NCBI RefSeq assembly: GCF_046119375.1
Contig: NW_027362767.1
Coordinates: 247,194,001-247,258,000 of the forward strand
Direction of reading: 5' to 3'
Length of the DNA: 64,000 bases
From: Phyllobates terribilis
Lineage: Eukaryota
Part shown: positions 62,060 to 64,000 of the stretch, in pieces
How the letters are laid out: every line of letters begins with the position of its first letter
How positions within the stretch are numbered: position 1 is the stretch's first letter
Notes under the pieces: generated by a model
Database searches by the model: none
What the model saw: the letters and a program-made list of their open reading frames with translations, nothing else
What the model was told of the DNA's origin: nothing
Made by a program: the position numbers and the translations under genes

Positions 62060-64000
62060 TCGGGAGCATTTAGGAAACAGCGACCATAATATGGTAAGTT
62101 TCAAAGTAATATTTAATTAAACATTTCAAAAAGGAAATGCAAAAACCTGGAACTTTAAGAAAGCTGATTTCAACAAATTAAGGAAAGAACTTAATCGTGT
62201 AGACTGGGACCATGTCATGGTAACTGGGGATACCGAACGTAAATGGGGCATGTTTAAGGAAATATTACTAGAATCCTGTAGAAAATATATACCCTCTGGT
62301 AATAAAATGTCCAGGATTAAAAAGAAACCATTATGGATAAATAAGGTAGTACAAAGTTTAATAAAACAAAAACAAAGGGCATTCAAAATCTTGAAGGGCG
62401 AGTATACGGAAATAGCATTTCAGGAGTATAAAGACATAAATAAGAAATGTAAAAAAGAAATCTAGCTAGCAAAAATATCTACAGAGCAACAAAAAATCAC
62501 CAGCCACATTAAATGAAATCCCAAAAATTTTTATACATACATCAATGCCAAAAAGAATAAATCAGATGGTATCGGCCCCTTAAAAGACAATAATAATAAG
62601 ATAATTATAGAGGACAAAGAAAAGGCTGAGATATTAAACAGACACTTTTCATCCATGTTCACCAACAAACCGTCTGTTCCAGGAATCTTTCAACAGGGCA
62701 AAAATCAATGTTCACCTCCAAATATAACTAGTTTAATACAAAAAGAAGTACGCCTGCGTCTGAACAAATTAAACATTGACAAATCCACTGGACCAGATTC
62801 ATCCATGGATACTGAGGGAATTGAGCTCAGTAATTGATAAACTGCTGTATCTCATATTCTTAGACTCTCTTGTAACAGGGGTAGTGCCACAGGATAGGAG
62901 GATAGCAGATGTGGTACCGATATTTAAGAAAGGTAAGAAGGTGGGTCCAGGTAACTACCGTCCGGTAAGTCTGACATCAGTGGTGTGCAAAGTTTGTGAG
63001 GGCATCATAAGAGATGACCTGCAGAGTTATATCGCAGAGAATAATATAATAAATGATAATCAGCATGGATTCATGAAGAATAGGTTGTGTTAAACCAACA
63101 TGTTGGGGTTCTATGAGGAGGTAAGTGCAAATCTGGATGTTGGTAATGCGGCTGATGTGATTTATCTGGACTTTGCGAAGGCATTTGATACTGTACCACA
63201 TAGTAGCCTTATACTGAAGCTACAGAAGCAAGGACTTGGGGGAACTATATGCAGATGGGTAAGGAATTGGCTAAATGATAGGAAACAAAGAGTCGTCATA
63301 ATTGGTATGCTCTGTAAATGGGATATAGTCAGCAGTGGGGACCGCAGGGATCTGTGCTAGGATCGATTCTTCTAAACCTCTTTATTAATGATCTTGGGGA
63401 TGGGATTGAGAGTAAAGTGTCAGTTTTTGCTGACGACACCAAACTATGTAGGAATTAAAATCTGATCTTGACATTACGATATTGTTGACCGATCTGGATA
63501 AGATGACTGAATGGGTAAACACTTGGCAGATGAAGTTTAAGGTAGATAAATGTAGAGTAATGCACCTAGGATGGAGTAATCCTATTGCGGCATACACATT
63601 TAATGGGAGTATACTTGGGACTACAGAACAGGAGAAGGACGGGGGATTCTGGTTACAAGTAAGCTGAGCATCAATGCTCAGTGTCAGGCAGCAGCCGCAA
63701 AAGCAAACAAGATTTTAGGATGTATAAAATGAGAGGGAAAATCCCCCAATCCCAACGTATTGTTACCCCTTTATAAATCACTGGTGAGGCCACATCTGGA
63801 ATATGGGATACAGTTTTGGGCTCCACATTTTAAAAAGGATATTCAGAAGTTAAAGTCAGTTCAAAGGCGGGCAACTAGATTATTACAAGGGATGGAGGCC
63901 TCTCATATGATGAGAGGTTGAAAAAGTTGAACTTGTTTAGCTTAAAAAACGACGCCTCAGAGGAGATCTCATGTATAAATATATGTGTGGTCAGTACAAA
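62060..64000 (+). mobile_element. CR1-family LINE ORF2 (end of endonuclease plus RT), degraded, runs off the window
   Basis: Fragments [53 protein letters not shown] and WQMKFKVDKCRVMHLG occur in shifting frames with stops. Confidence 0.93.

Overview
Vertebrate genomic DNA, most likely an anuran (inferred from TTAA-flanked MITEs, CR1 and Tc1 content); not prokaryotic, so most of the ORF track is artefactual. Three spliced genes lie on the minus strand and were reconstructed by hand with GT-AG junctions and consistent phases: SWI5 (3' four exons 53987-56403, 5' end unresolved), SLC27A4/FATP4 (12 coding exons, 33560-44506, 643 aa) and URM1 (5 coding exons, 14717-24347, 101 aa). A miR-219 hairpin lies on the plus strand at about 4990-5072, antisense to and downstream of URM1, as at the mammalian MIR219A2 locus. 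The rest is introns and intergenic DNA with minisatellites, palindromic MITEs, a deleted Tc1 element, a decayed CR1 LINE and two N gaps. Most notable observations: a minimal type I hammerhead ribozyme motif in a Penelope-like inverted repeat (49142-49221) with several decayed relatives; a VNTR made by 21-fold amplification of an SLC27A4 splice acceptor in which only the last copy keeps its AG; a satellite showing a 22 to 44 to 42 bp progression; SWI5 directly next to SLC27A4 with no TRUB2/COQ4; and an ambiguous SWI5 start.
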